DNA of 61,348 bases, counting the filler. It is 8 parts of 8 records of this genome, joined end to end, with 100 filler letters (N's around TTAATTAATTAA, not from the genome) between each part and the next. Parts side by side here need not be neighbours in the genome. Positions count along the whole stretch, not along the records: positions 36,888 to 48,320 come from SRR2962707_3958; positions 48,421 to 55,980 come from SRR2962707_3966; 6 more parts are not named here. One strand, written 5' to 3'. The translations under genes were made by a program, and so were the position numbers. Under the pieces are notes generated by a model. The model made no database searches, was not told the origin of the DNA, and was given only the letters and a program-made list of their open reading frames with translations. Below are positions 42,286-51,238 of this stretch, piece by piece; position 1 is the stretch's first letter, and each line of letters starts with the position of its first letter.

Positions 42286-42612
42286 TCAGCGCCCGGCCCA
42301 GTGCTTTTCGGCCCAGTGGTTGAGCGCCAGCAGTGTGCTCTCCAGTTCCTCCCCGGCCTGGCTGAGACGATAACCGGTTCCGTCTTCCCGTTGAACCAGA
42401 TCCAGCTCGCGCAGGGTTTTCAATCGATCATTCAGGACCGTGGGCGACACCTGGTCGCAGCGTTGACGCAAGGCTCTGAAGGACAGGGGGGCATCCCGCA
42501 GTTCCCACAAGATACGGAGCGTCCAGCGTTGCCCGAGAATATCCAGCAATACCATGATCGGGCGGCCGGTGGTCGATCCCCGGACGGATTGGCTGACGGT
42601 CTTCCTGGCCAT
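42286..42612 (-). CDS. HxlR-family regulator
   Basis: LLDILGQRWTLRILWEL, SPTVLNDRLKTL. Confidence 0.85.
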   Translation of the reverse strand: MARKTVSQSVRGSTTGRPIMVLLDILGQRWTLRILWELRDAPLSFRALRQRCDQVSPTVLNDRLKTLRELDLVQREDGTGYRLSQAGEELESTLLALNHWAEKHWAGR

Positions 42613-42639
42613 GGCGATTCCTTATCGAGTGACTTGACT

Positions 42640-42689
42640 GCTACATAAAAAGTAGCGGACACTGAGATGTGTGCTACACATATTGTAGC
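42640..42689. promoter_or_regulatory. Two GCTAC-N7-GTAGC palindromes (42640-42656, 42673-42689), candidate HxlR operators
   Basis: Two copies 33 bp apart in the divergent region; TTGACT (-35-like) abuts the first. Confidence 0.7.
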
Positions 42690-42704
42690 GGCCGGGAGAC
42701 GACA

Positions 42705-43277
42705 ATGACACACGATTTGAGGCCCCTTTCGGGACCGCCCTTCGACGCCAAGACTCAAGCGATACTGGACAAGCACTACCCGCAGCGGGACGGCGAGGTG
42801 TTAAGCCTGTTCCGGGTTTTCGCCCGCAGTCCCCGTCTGTTACGCAAACTCGGCGCGGCGGGATTGCTGGACGAGGACAGCCCCTTGCCATTACGGGACA
42901 GAGAAATCGTCATTCTGCGCACCACGGCGCATCACGGGTGCGAGTACGAATGGGGAGTGCACGCCAGGGTGTTCGCCAAAGCCGCGGGGCTGGATGACGC
43001 GCAGTTGGTTGCCACTCGGCACGGGACCGCGGAAGCGCCGTGCTGGACCGAACAGGAACAAGCCTTGATCCGGGTGGTTGATGAACTGCATGGCGAAGGC
43101 AACTTGAGTGAGGAGGCGCACTCGCTGTTCGTCCGGCATTGGGAAACCGAACAGCAGTTGGAAGTGCTTGCTTTGTGCGGGTTCTATTCCACTGTCAGTT
43201 TTATCGCCAACACCGCGCGGCTGGCGCCGGAGCCCTGGGCGGCGCGCTTTCCCAGGGAGGGCGCGACCGGTTCCTGA
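42705..43277 (+). CDS. Carboxymuconolactone decarboxylase/AhpD-like protein
   Basis: REIVILRT...CEYEWGVH motif; GGAG RBS before ATG 42705. Confidence 0.85.
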   Translation: MTHDLRPLSGPPFDAKTQAILDKHYPQRDGEVLSLFRVFARSPRLLRKLGAAGLLDEDSPLPLRDREIVILRTTAHHGCEYEWGVHARVFAKAAGLDDAQLVATRHGTAEAPCWTEQEQALIRVVDELHGEGNLSEEAHSLFVRHWETEQQLEVLALCGFYSTVSFIANTARLAPEPWAARFPREGATGS

Positions 43278-43369
43278 CAGGCCCTAGTCCATTTGGACTA
43301 TGGGAGTGTGGTCTGAATCTCTTTAGCCTTGCTGGAAACAGGGCAGCCGCTGAACCAGGGAATACGAAA

Positions 43370-44458
43370 ATGAAAACGTGGATAGTGACCGCGTTACGCG
43401 TCGGCGCCCTGATGTCCGTTCTTGTAACGGGAAAAGCGGCGGCTTGGGCGGTGCTGTTCGACGAAGAGCTGCCTCCGTCCGCAGGTGACCCGCGGGAGCC
43501 GTCTGCGGCCGTCACGGCAAAGGACGATGCGAAAGAACAACGGCCGCCGCCAGTGCAAAGAGAACGGTACCTGAAAGCGGCCCGCGCCGGCGACACCGAA
43601 GCCCGCTTCCGCCTGGGGAATGCCTATCTGGAAGAGAGCGGTGACCTTATGGAAGCGGTTTCCTGGCTGGACTGCGCCGCCCTGGTTGGCCATCAGGGTG
43701 CCCGGGAAATGCTGCGGGACCTGGGTTTGGCGTTGACCCCGGATAGCGAATGCCGCCATCCAGTGGAGCCGGCCATCCTGGCCCATGATGCCAACGCTGA
43801 CGCGGACCAGCTTTATCAAACCGGTAACGCCCATTACTTTGGCAATGGTGTTCCTCAGGACCACGGCATAGCGTTGGAATGGATGAGGGCGGCGGCGGGG
43901 CACGGTCATGCTCTGGCGATACACACGCTTGGCATCATGTACATGAACGGCGAAGGCGTTGAGCCCGATGCGCACACCGCGTTGACGTTCACCCGTCGCG
44001 CGGCGGAGCTGGGGGTCACCGATGCCCTCAACAATCTGGCCTGGATGTACGAGAAAGGAAAAGGCGTGACCGCGGATCAGACCGTGGCCAACCGCTACTA
44101 TCTGGATGCGGCGCGGGCAGGTGTCGGCAGCAGCCAGGCCCGCTATGGTTACATCCTCGAAACCGGTATCGGCATGGAACCTGACCCGCGGCAGGCAGCG
44201 TACTGGTATCGGCTTGCCGCGGCGCAGGGAGTCTCCGAGGCACAGGTGCGTCTGGGCGCGCTGTATTATGAAGGCACGGGTGTGGATGAGGATCTTGATG
44301 AAGCCTGTTTCTGGTTTGCGGTTGCTGCTGAATTGGGCGATCAACAGGGCATGAACAATAAGGAAATCGCCTGTGCGATGCTGTCTGCGGCACGGCGCAA
44401 TGAGGTGGAGCCGAGAGTGCGGCAATGGCTCACGCAATACCGGGGCGAAACGCAATGA
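43370..44458 (+). CDS. Secreted Sel1-repeat protein
   Basis: Signal peptide; repeated A..LG..Y..G.GV..D...A..W...AA..G units. Confidence 0.88.
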   Translation: MKTWIVTALRVGALMSVLVTGKAAAWAVLFDEELPPSAGDPREPSAAVTAKDDAKEQRPPPVQRERYLKAARAGDTEARFRLGNAYLEESGDLMEAVSWLDCAALVGHQGAREMLRDLGLALTPDSECRHPVEPAILAHDANADADQLYQTGNAHYFGNGVPQDHGIALEWMRAAAGHGHALAIHTLGIMYMNGEGVEPDAHTALTFTRRAAELGVTDALNNLAWMYEKGKGVTADQTVANRYYLDAARAGVGSSQARYGYILETGIGMEPDPRQAAYWYRLAAAQGVSEAQVRLGALYYEGTGVDEDLDEACFWFAVAAELGDQQGMNNKEIACAMLSAARRNEVEPRVRQWLTQYRGETQ

Positions 44459-45630
44459 TCATGGTATGGCGAGCATGCGCGTTTGCATTGCTGATTCTGT
44501 CTCTGGGCGGCACCGCGGCAGCCGATGAATCGACAACGCTGATCTCGTTGAGACCGGAACAAATCATCATCAAACCTGGCCGTAAAGAGCCGGTTGATCG
44601 CCCCCGCTATTATTATGATTTGTATCAGGCGGACATTCCGGAAACGTTGCCGGTGGAGCCGGTCTCCGAGGATGACCGTTATCGAGCCGCGCTCTTCCAT
44701 CTTTATCGTTCCAGTGGACAGAATATTCAGGCGGTGGCTGATGCCCGGACCACTTTGGTGACTCTGGCCGAGGCCGGGCATGCCGCCGCTCAGGTCTGGT
44801 ATGGCGTGCAGTGGGAGTTTGGAAGGTTGCCCCAGGGCCGCGATACGCGAAAGGCGGTGGGCTGGTATCAGCGCGCCGCGGATCAAGAATACGCCGACGG
44901 CTTGCTACTGCTTGGCATGCATCGCCATACCGCCGTCTCCGACGGTGAGGTATCTGAATCCATAAGGCTGTGGCGCCGGGCCGCCGTCGCCGGTGATCGG
45001 CCATCATCGGCCACCGCCGCCTACGCGGTGGGCTGGAGCTATTTCCATGGTGAAAACGCGCCGCGCAATCACGAGCGGGCGCTGCATTGGTGGCGCCGTG
45101 GCCTGGAATTGGGGCACGTACCGTCACGCTACGCCGTGGCGTATATGACGGAATTCGGATTGGCTTCGAAGGCCAGCTTGCGGGCTGCGCTGCCCCTTTA
45201 TCAGCAGGCCGCGGAGGAGGGGGATGGGCGAGCCGCGGTGCGCCTGGCACAAATTTATGAGCGGGGCACGCCTTCCCGGGGGCGGGCCGAACAGGCGTTT
45301 CGCTACTGGATACAGGCGATGGGGTCGGGCCGGCCGGAAGCCCGTTTCCGGATTGCGCGCTATTTCGAGACCGACACGTTACCGGTCACGGAGATCGACG
45401 GCGAGCCGATTCCCGGGATTGCGTTGGCGCAGGTGATCGAGACCTATCAGGCGCTGGCGCGTGATGGTTTCGCGCCGGCTTTGTATCTGCTTGGGACCTT
45501 CTGCGAGCAGGGCCGTTATACAGCCAAGGACCCGGAGCTTGCCGGCCAATGGTATGAACTGGCTCTGGCTTTCGGTAGCGAACAGGCGGTGCTCAAATTG
45601 GGGAAGCCTTTACCACCGGCCTTTCGTTGA
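44455..45630 (+). CDS. Secreted Sel1-repeat protein
   Basis: ATGA overlap with the upstream gene; signal peptide ending AAA; multiple degenerate Sel1 repeats. Confidence 0.85.
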   Translation: MIMVWRACAFALLILSLGGTAAADESTTLISLRPEQIIIKPGRKEPVDRPRYYYDLYQADIPETLPVEPVSEDDRYRAALFHLYRSSGQNIQAVADARTTLVTLAEAGHAAAQVWYGVQWEFGRLPQGRDTRKAVGWYQRAADQEYADGLLLLGMHRHTAVSDGEVSESIRLWRRAAVAGDRPSSATAAYAVGWSYFHGENAPRNHERALHWWRRGLELGHVPSRYAVAYMTEFGLASKASLRAALPLYQQAAEEGDGRAAVRLAQIYERGTPSRGRAEQAFRYWIQAMGSGRPEARFRIARYFETDTLPVTEIDGEPIPGIALAQVIETYQALARDGFAPALYLLGTFCEQGRYTAKDPELAGQWYELALAFGSEQAVLKLGKPLPPAFR

Positions 45631-45642
45631 AGGGAGCCCGCG

Positions 45643-46521
45643 TCAGATGCGAGTAGCGGCGAATCGCTCCCGCAGCCATTTGGCCGCCGGGCCGCTGGGC
45701 CGCTGCTTGTGCCAGACCAATTCCACCGCCACCGGCAAATCAAAGTCATCGAACTGCAGTTCCGGAATCACCAGATCCGCCGCCACCGGCGATGCCTCGA
45801 TCACGTGACTGGAGACGAAGGCCCAACCGATTCCCTGTCGCACCAACTGCAGGATCACCCAGTGGCTTTCCACCCACCACACTTCCGGCGCTACTCGTAA
45901 ACGTTGTTTCTCGGGGCCGTCGCTGTGCGCCGCCACCAGAATCTGGCGATGGCGTTTCAGGTCTTCCCAATCCACCCGTACCTTTGCCAGGGGATGGTGT
46001 TTGCCACAGACCATTTTGATCGGCACCCAGCCGAGGGTTTGGAATCCCAGCTCGGTGGGCAGAATTTCCTGCCGCCACATGACACCAAGGTCGGCCTTGC
46101 CGGTCAATACCAGGCGGCTGACGTCCTCCATCATGGGAAACAGCAACTCCAGCTCCACGTGGGGGAAGTGTTCGGCGAATTCGGCGAACACTTCGGCCAT
46201 GATCCGTTCCGGATAAATTTCGTCGATCGCCACTACCAGACGCTGTTCCACATGAGCCTCGAAACTGCGCGCCACGCCGATCAAATGTTCACGCCGGTCG
46301 AGGATTACCCTGGCCTCCAGTAACAGGCGTTCCCCGGCCGGGGTCAGTGTGGGGCTGCGTCCGGCACGGCTGAACAATGCCAGCCCAAGATCCTCCTCCA
46401 GGTTGGATATCTGGGTGCTGACGGCGGATTGGGCCTTGTGCAAACGCCGGGCGGCGGCGGAGAACGAGCCCGTCTCGGCGGCAATGACGAAGGCCTGTAG
46501 TTGGTCCAGGGAGACAGTCAT
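45643..46521 (-). CDS. LysR-family regulator (AceR-like position)
   Basis: GSFSAAARRLHKAQSAVS HTH; divergent from a PACE transporter. Confidence 0.92.
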   Translation of the reverse strand: MTVSLDQLQAFVIAAETGSFSAAARRLHKAQSAVSTQISNLEEDLGLALFSRAGRSPTLTPAGERLLLEARVILDRREHLIGVARSFEAHVEQRLVVAIDEIYPERIMAEVFAEFAEHFPHVELELLFPMMEDVSRLVLTGKADLGVMWRQEILPTELGFQTLGWVPIKMVCGKHHPLAKVRVDWEDLKRHRQILVAAHSDGPEKQRLRVAPEVWWVESHWVILQLVRQGIGWAFVSSHVIEASPVAADLVIPELQFDDFDLPVAVELVWHKQRPSGPAAKWLRERFAATRI

Positions 46522-46523
46522 CT

Positions 46524-46538
46524 ATCTGTTTTTAAGAT
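46524..46538. promoter_or_regulatory. LysR-type T-N11-A box ATC-N9-GAT
   Basis: ATCTGTTTTTAAGAT immediately upstream of the lysR start codon. Confidence 0.55.
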
Positions 46539-46610
46539 GGTATCTAACTTTATTTCCGCAATATTGAAGATAGATTAGGCGCCAGTCAAACCAGTGAGGA
46601 GTGTTTCATC

Positions 46611-47048
46611 ATGGCATTGCGTACGACTCAGGACCGGGTCCGTCACGCGGTATTGTTCGAGCTGATCGGCCTGGCAATCATGGTCCCGGTGGGCGCTTAC
46701 CTGTTTCAGTTGCCAGTCGGCCATATGGGCGTGCTGGGCGTGGTGGGCGCCACTATCGCCACGGTCTGGAACTTTGTCTTCAATCTGGGGTTTGATCACG
46801 CCATGTTGCGTTGGTTGGGCCATACCAGGAAAACCCTGCGTATGCGGGTAGGGCATGCAGTGCTGTTCGAAGGCGGCCTGCTGGTAATGCTGCTGCCGAT
46901 GGTGGCCTGGTATTTGGGGATCGGTTTGCTGCAGGCCCTGCTGATGGACCTCGCCATGGTGTTGTTCTATCTGTTCTATGCCTTCAGCTTCAACTGGGCT
47001 TATGACCGGGTGTTTCCGGTGTCACCGATGGCGAAAGCGGCGGTATGA
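46611..47048 (+). CDS. PACE-family efflux transporter (AceI-like)
   Basis: RVRHAVLFE, WNFVFNLGFD, RVGHAVLFEGG, FNWAYD. Confidence 0.92.
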   Translation: MALRTTQDRVRHAVLFELIGLAIMVPVGAYLFQLPVGHMGVLGVVGATIATVWNFVFNLGFDHAMLRWLGHTRKTLRMRVGHAVLFEGGLLVMLLPMVAWYLGIGLLQALLMDLAMVLFYLFYAFSFNWAYDRVFPVSPMAKAAV

Positions 47049-47059
47049 CGATGAGAGGC

Positions 47060-47086
47060 GGCCATGCATCATACTGGTGCATGGTC
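47060..47086 (+). terminator. Hairpin downstream of the PACE gene
   Basis: GGCCATGCATC-ATACT-GGTGCATGGTC, 11-bp stem with GU pairs; weak U-tract. Confidence 0.4.
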
Positions 47087-47140
47087 GGTTTCCGTATTAA
47101 CATGGGTACCGTTAAATCCTGAACGAACGGATCCTCCCCC

Positions 47141-47287
47141 ATGAACGTGATCGCACGCCTTGTCGCTGTAGTTGCCCGCTTCCCCGGCGACCGCGTACGC
47201 GATCATGGCATGTCCCCACCGGTTTCCTCCGTCGTCACCGCGGTTCGGACATCCGTTGCCGTAGTACGCCAAGTCGTTCGCGGCTGA
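47141..47287 (+). CDS. Putative valine-rich leader peptide (48 aa, 14 Val)
   Basis: MNVIARLVAVVARFPGDRVRDHGMSPPVSSVVTAVRTSVAVVRQVVRG*; followed by a structured spacer and a DMT gene. Confidence 0.55.
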   Translation: MNVIARLVAVVARFPGDRVRDHGMSPPVSSVVTAVRTSVAVVRQVVRG

Positions 47288-47381
47288 TACCGCTGATTTA
47301 CCTCCCTGACCTGCTTTAACGGCTTCGCCGCCCGGTTTCCGCGGCGTCAGGTCGGGACCGTTCGTATTCGATGGATGAGCT

Positions 47382-48251
47382 TTGATGAAAACGGAAAATA
47401 CCTTTTGGGCGGCCCAGGGCGCCATGGCCACGTTCGTGTTGCTGTGGGGCAGTGCCGCCATCGTCACCCGTTGGGGTTTGGACCACGGCTCGGTTCTTGC
47501 CCTGTTGATTCTGCGCTTTGCTCTCGCGCTTGGCGCCCTGCTGTTGATTCGTGGCGGTCGTCTGCTGCCTCCGCGAGGACAGCGTTTGCCCGTGGCTGGC
47601 GTCGGCCTGCTGCTGATCGGTTTTTACACTCTGTGTTACTTCCTGGCTTTGGAGCATGAAGTCACGCCGGGGCTCCTGGCCACGGTGCTGGGGGCACAAC
47701 CGATTCTCACCCTGGTGCTCACCGAGCGGCGCTTCTCGCCGTGGCGTCTGGCGGGACTGCTGCTGGCTTTGCTTGGGCTGACGCTGGTGGTCTACCAGAG
47801 TCTGGTTCTGGCCAGGTTGTCCTGGACCGGTATGGCGTTTGCTCTGGGCGCTTTGCTTTGTGTCACCGTCGGCGCGTTATGGCAGAAGCGTATCGCGTTG
47901 CCGCCGAGCGAGGTGCTGCCATTGCAATACGCGGTGACGCTGCTGTTGTGCGCTTTGCTGATCCCGTTCCAGCCTTTCCATTGGCAATGGAGTGTGGGGT
48001 TCCTGGTGCCGGTGGTATGGATGGGGCTGGGGGTGTCGGTGGCGGCACAGCTGCTGCTCTATCGGATGATCCGCTCCGGTAATCTGGTCAATGTCACCAG
48101 CCTGTTCTATCTGGTTCCGGTGGTGACGGTACTGCTGGATTACCTGGTATTCGGCAATGCTCTGTCGGCAATGTCGCTGGCCGGCATGATCGCGATCCTG
48201 GCCGGGTTGGCGGTGGTGCATGGCCAGCGGGAGCGGGTGCCCGCCGAGTAG
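47382..48251 (+). CDS. DMT/EamA-family transporter (possible amino-acid exporter)
   Basis: FVLLWGS, LRF, QPILT, VTSLFYLVP; two EamA repeats. Start may be ATG 47385. Confidence 0.9.
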   Translation: MMKTENTFWAAQGAMATFVLLWGSAAIVTRWGLDHGSVLALLILRFALALGALLLIRGGRLLPPRGQRLPVAGVGLLLIGFYTLCYFLALEHEVTPGLLATVLGAQPILTLVLTERRFSPWRLAGLLLALLGLTLVVYQSLVLARLSWTGMAFALGALLCVTVGALWQKRIALPPSEVLPLQYAVTLLLCALLIPFQPFHWQWSVGFLVPVVWMGLGVSVAAQLLLYRMIRSGNLVNVTSLFYLVPVVTVLLDYLVFGNALSAMSLAGMIAILAGLAVVHGQRERVPAE

Positions 48252-48477
48252 AGAATGGGAGGTTCGGTCGAGGACGCGGATCCGTGCGCCGGCCTTCCGG
48301 GATCGCCGTAAATACATCCCNNNNNNNNNNNNNNNNNNNNNNNNNNNNNNNNNNNNNNNNNNNNTTAATTAATTAANNNNNNNNNNNNNNNNNNNNNNNN
48401 NNNNNNNNNNNNNNNNNNNNGAGCAACAGGAACGGCGAAGGCGAGAGTGCGCTGCCAATGCCTCCATCGCCGTTTTC

Positions 48478-50996
48478 GTGGTGGCGTTCGTGGTCCTGGT
48501 CTTCGTTCTTGTCCTGAATCGGGACGCAATCGTAATAGCCCCCGTGCCCGTGGACGTGCAATTGACTGACGGTGACGAGAATAATAGCGGGTCTCCTCCC
48601 CTGTCTCCTGCAACGTGCGCGGCAGCTGCTCAGTTGTCGCCTCACCAAGCTTGCGGTGATTTCGGAGCTGTGTCCACGACGCACTACCTCGCGACGAAGG
48701 CGGCAGTTGATGTTCTCCAGGCTGGTGGCAATGCAATCGATGCCTCGGTCGCTGCTCAGCTTATGCTAGGAGTTGTCCAGCCAGAGAGTACAGGGCTGGG
48801 TGGGGGTGCCATGTTCCTCGTGTACAACAACAAGTCCAACGAGGTTCTTGCTTACGATGGCCGCGAGGAGGCTCCCGCTTTGGTCACTGACACTGCCTTT
48901 TGTGTCGATTCTCCCAGCTGCACGAGTGTTTGGCCGTACAGACCCGAGAGGTGTACAGGCGGACTGGCAGTAGGAGTTCCCGGAGTATTGGCGGTGACCG
49001 ACCGTGTTCTGCGCGAGCACGGAACGGTTTCAATGGCACAGCTGGCTGCACCAGCAATCACCGTTGCTCGCGAGGGTTTTCCTATGACTGAGCACCTGCA
49101 CCACCACATCGGTGACAATGCTGAGAGACTGGCGCTGTTTCCTGCCTCTCGACAACTTTGGTTGAACTCCTCCGGCACAGGGCCTCGAGTCAATGTTGGA
49201 GAGACATTCTCCAACCCCGACCTTGCTGCAACGTACGAACTTTTGCTCTCTGGTGATGATGGAGTCGCGAGTTTTTATGGCGGCAGCTTTGGTCAAGAAA
49301 TAGTTGCCGCGCTGAGCGGTGAGGCGGGACGGAATCCTTGGACCAACACGACAGGAGTGATGCAGTTGGAAGACCTGGCTTCCTATCGCGCCGTGCGTCG
49401 CCGCACATACAATACATCGTTCAGAGGAAATACCGTGTTTGGTCACGCTCCGCCCACGAGCGGTGGCCTGATCGTGCTCATGGCGTTGAACCTTCTCGAG
49501 GCGATGGATGCCTCTGCACAGAGTATGGGCACTTTATCACCCTCAAGTCCCGAATGGGTAGCACGTCTTATCAATGCACAAAATCTAGCTTTTGCGGACC
49601 GCAACACTTGGATTGCCGATTCTGACTTTGTCAGCGTGCCAGGCGATGGTCTACTGGACAAAGCATACGCTGCAAGCCGCGTTGCTGAACTTGTCAGCCT
49701 GGTACCTGAGTCAACAATGACGGCAGTACCCATTGCCGCGGGAAGTCCGCCGGGAACGACTGGCCAAACCCGTTGGCGCGCAGGTCCACTCGAAGAAAAG
49801 ATTGCCACCACACATTTCAGCGTGGCTGACCAATTTGGCAACGTAGTGAGTTGGACCACAACCATTGAGGTGAATCTTGGGTCAGGGATTACAGTGCCAG
49901 GCGCGTTTTGGGGCAGCGAGCGCCTGCTAATTTTGCCATGAGACTGACCTTTCATGCACCGATTGACGAAGTGTGCATTGTTCGCATGTCGTTACCTCCT
50001 TTCCCTGTTGTTGCTTCCTGTGAATTTCTTCTGCAGGACGTGGACTTCTCTTAAACAATGAGATGACTGACTTCGATCCTCTCCCTTTCGAAGAAAGTGC
50101 TGAAGGCAGCATGCTCACAGCAAACCGCGTTGAAGGCGGCAAGCTACCTCGAACAACAGCCATCGGTTTGTCACTGTCCTGTTTTTGATCTCTTTAAAAT
50201 CGCCAGGCTTTCTCGCCACACCCACCAACGACTCATCTGTGTTTGTTTTCAAACAGGTGAAGGAGATCGCGAAACGAGTGGTGGAAAGCGTCCTCGTTCG
50301 TCCATGTCTCCAATGATTTTCTTCGAGGATGGTGGAGCGGCTGCACACGGAGATGTGGCTGATCTTCGACGTGCCCGGGCTGTTGCGGTTGGCTCCCCTG
50401 GCGGGTCAAGCATTATTGGCACGGTTCTCAATGTTGTGCTTGATATGATTGTGGTGAGTGCGCCTTGCCCAGTGGGCTGCAAGCAGTCTGTAGTTGTGTT
50501 GTCGACTGGCACTATTCTCAATGTTTGTCTTTCGCCGCATGCTTAGGCTCAAGATACTGCGTTTGCGGCAGTGGAAAGGCCGCGTGTTATCTCAAAAAAT
50601 ACTGAGGCAGCCTATGTCGAGGATCCGCTCTTCACCCAAGTAAAGGATGAGATGCAAACTCGAGGGTTCAGCGCGACCAACGAGTGGGGCCATATTTCGA
50701 TGGGCTTTGTTCAGGTGGGCAGAAAACGCCGTTTGAACTCTGCCAGCAGTATTTCTTGGCCGCCGCTAACCACCTGGTGGTCAAAATGTGTGTTGCAGGT
50801 TGCGGAGCGGTACACGTCTGGTGGATCTGGGGACCTTGGCATGTGCACCTGCGCAGTCGCTGATTCGTTTCGGTTGGACACAGCCAATGCAAGTGCTGCT
50901 TCAAGCCGTGGCAGTGCCGCGCCCACAGCTCGCCGTCAAGCACGCAGAAAGTTGGGCTCGCGATCAGAACCCCCAACGTTGCGGCCAAGAAAGTAA
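48478..50996 (+). CDS. ggt: Gamma-glutamyltransferase; predicted exons ~48478-49900, 50037-50165, 50257-50453, 50547-50714, 50799-50996 (5' end uncertain)
   Basis: GGNAIDA, PESTGLGGG, YDGREEAP, nucleophile TTHFSVAD, spliced GSGITVPGRGLLLNNEMTDF, KRPRSSMSP, GSPGGS. Confidence 0.88.
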
Positions 50997-51238
50997 TCGT
51001 ATCAACCGCTATTTTTTCTGTTGACCTGATTACGAATCATTTTGAATTAAGTTTTTACATGTTAGCTTATTTTTTGGCACAACGCATTCGCTATCAATGT
51101 GTTGCTTTCACACCGCAGCGTTGACTTCCACAGCTAAGGATGGGGATGTGCCTGTGCGATTGTTGCGCAGGGTGTGGCACAACCGATCCAACATCATGGG
51201 CTCGACTGTCAATCACAAAACGTCAATATGTTGAGAAC

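Noticed and set aside
47069-47467. 132-aa minus-strand ORF
   Set aside because: No motifs and it overlaps the DMT start; the plus-strand Val-rich ORF explains the region better.
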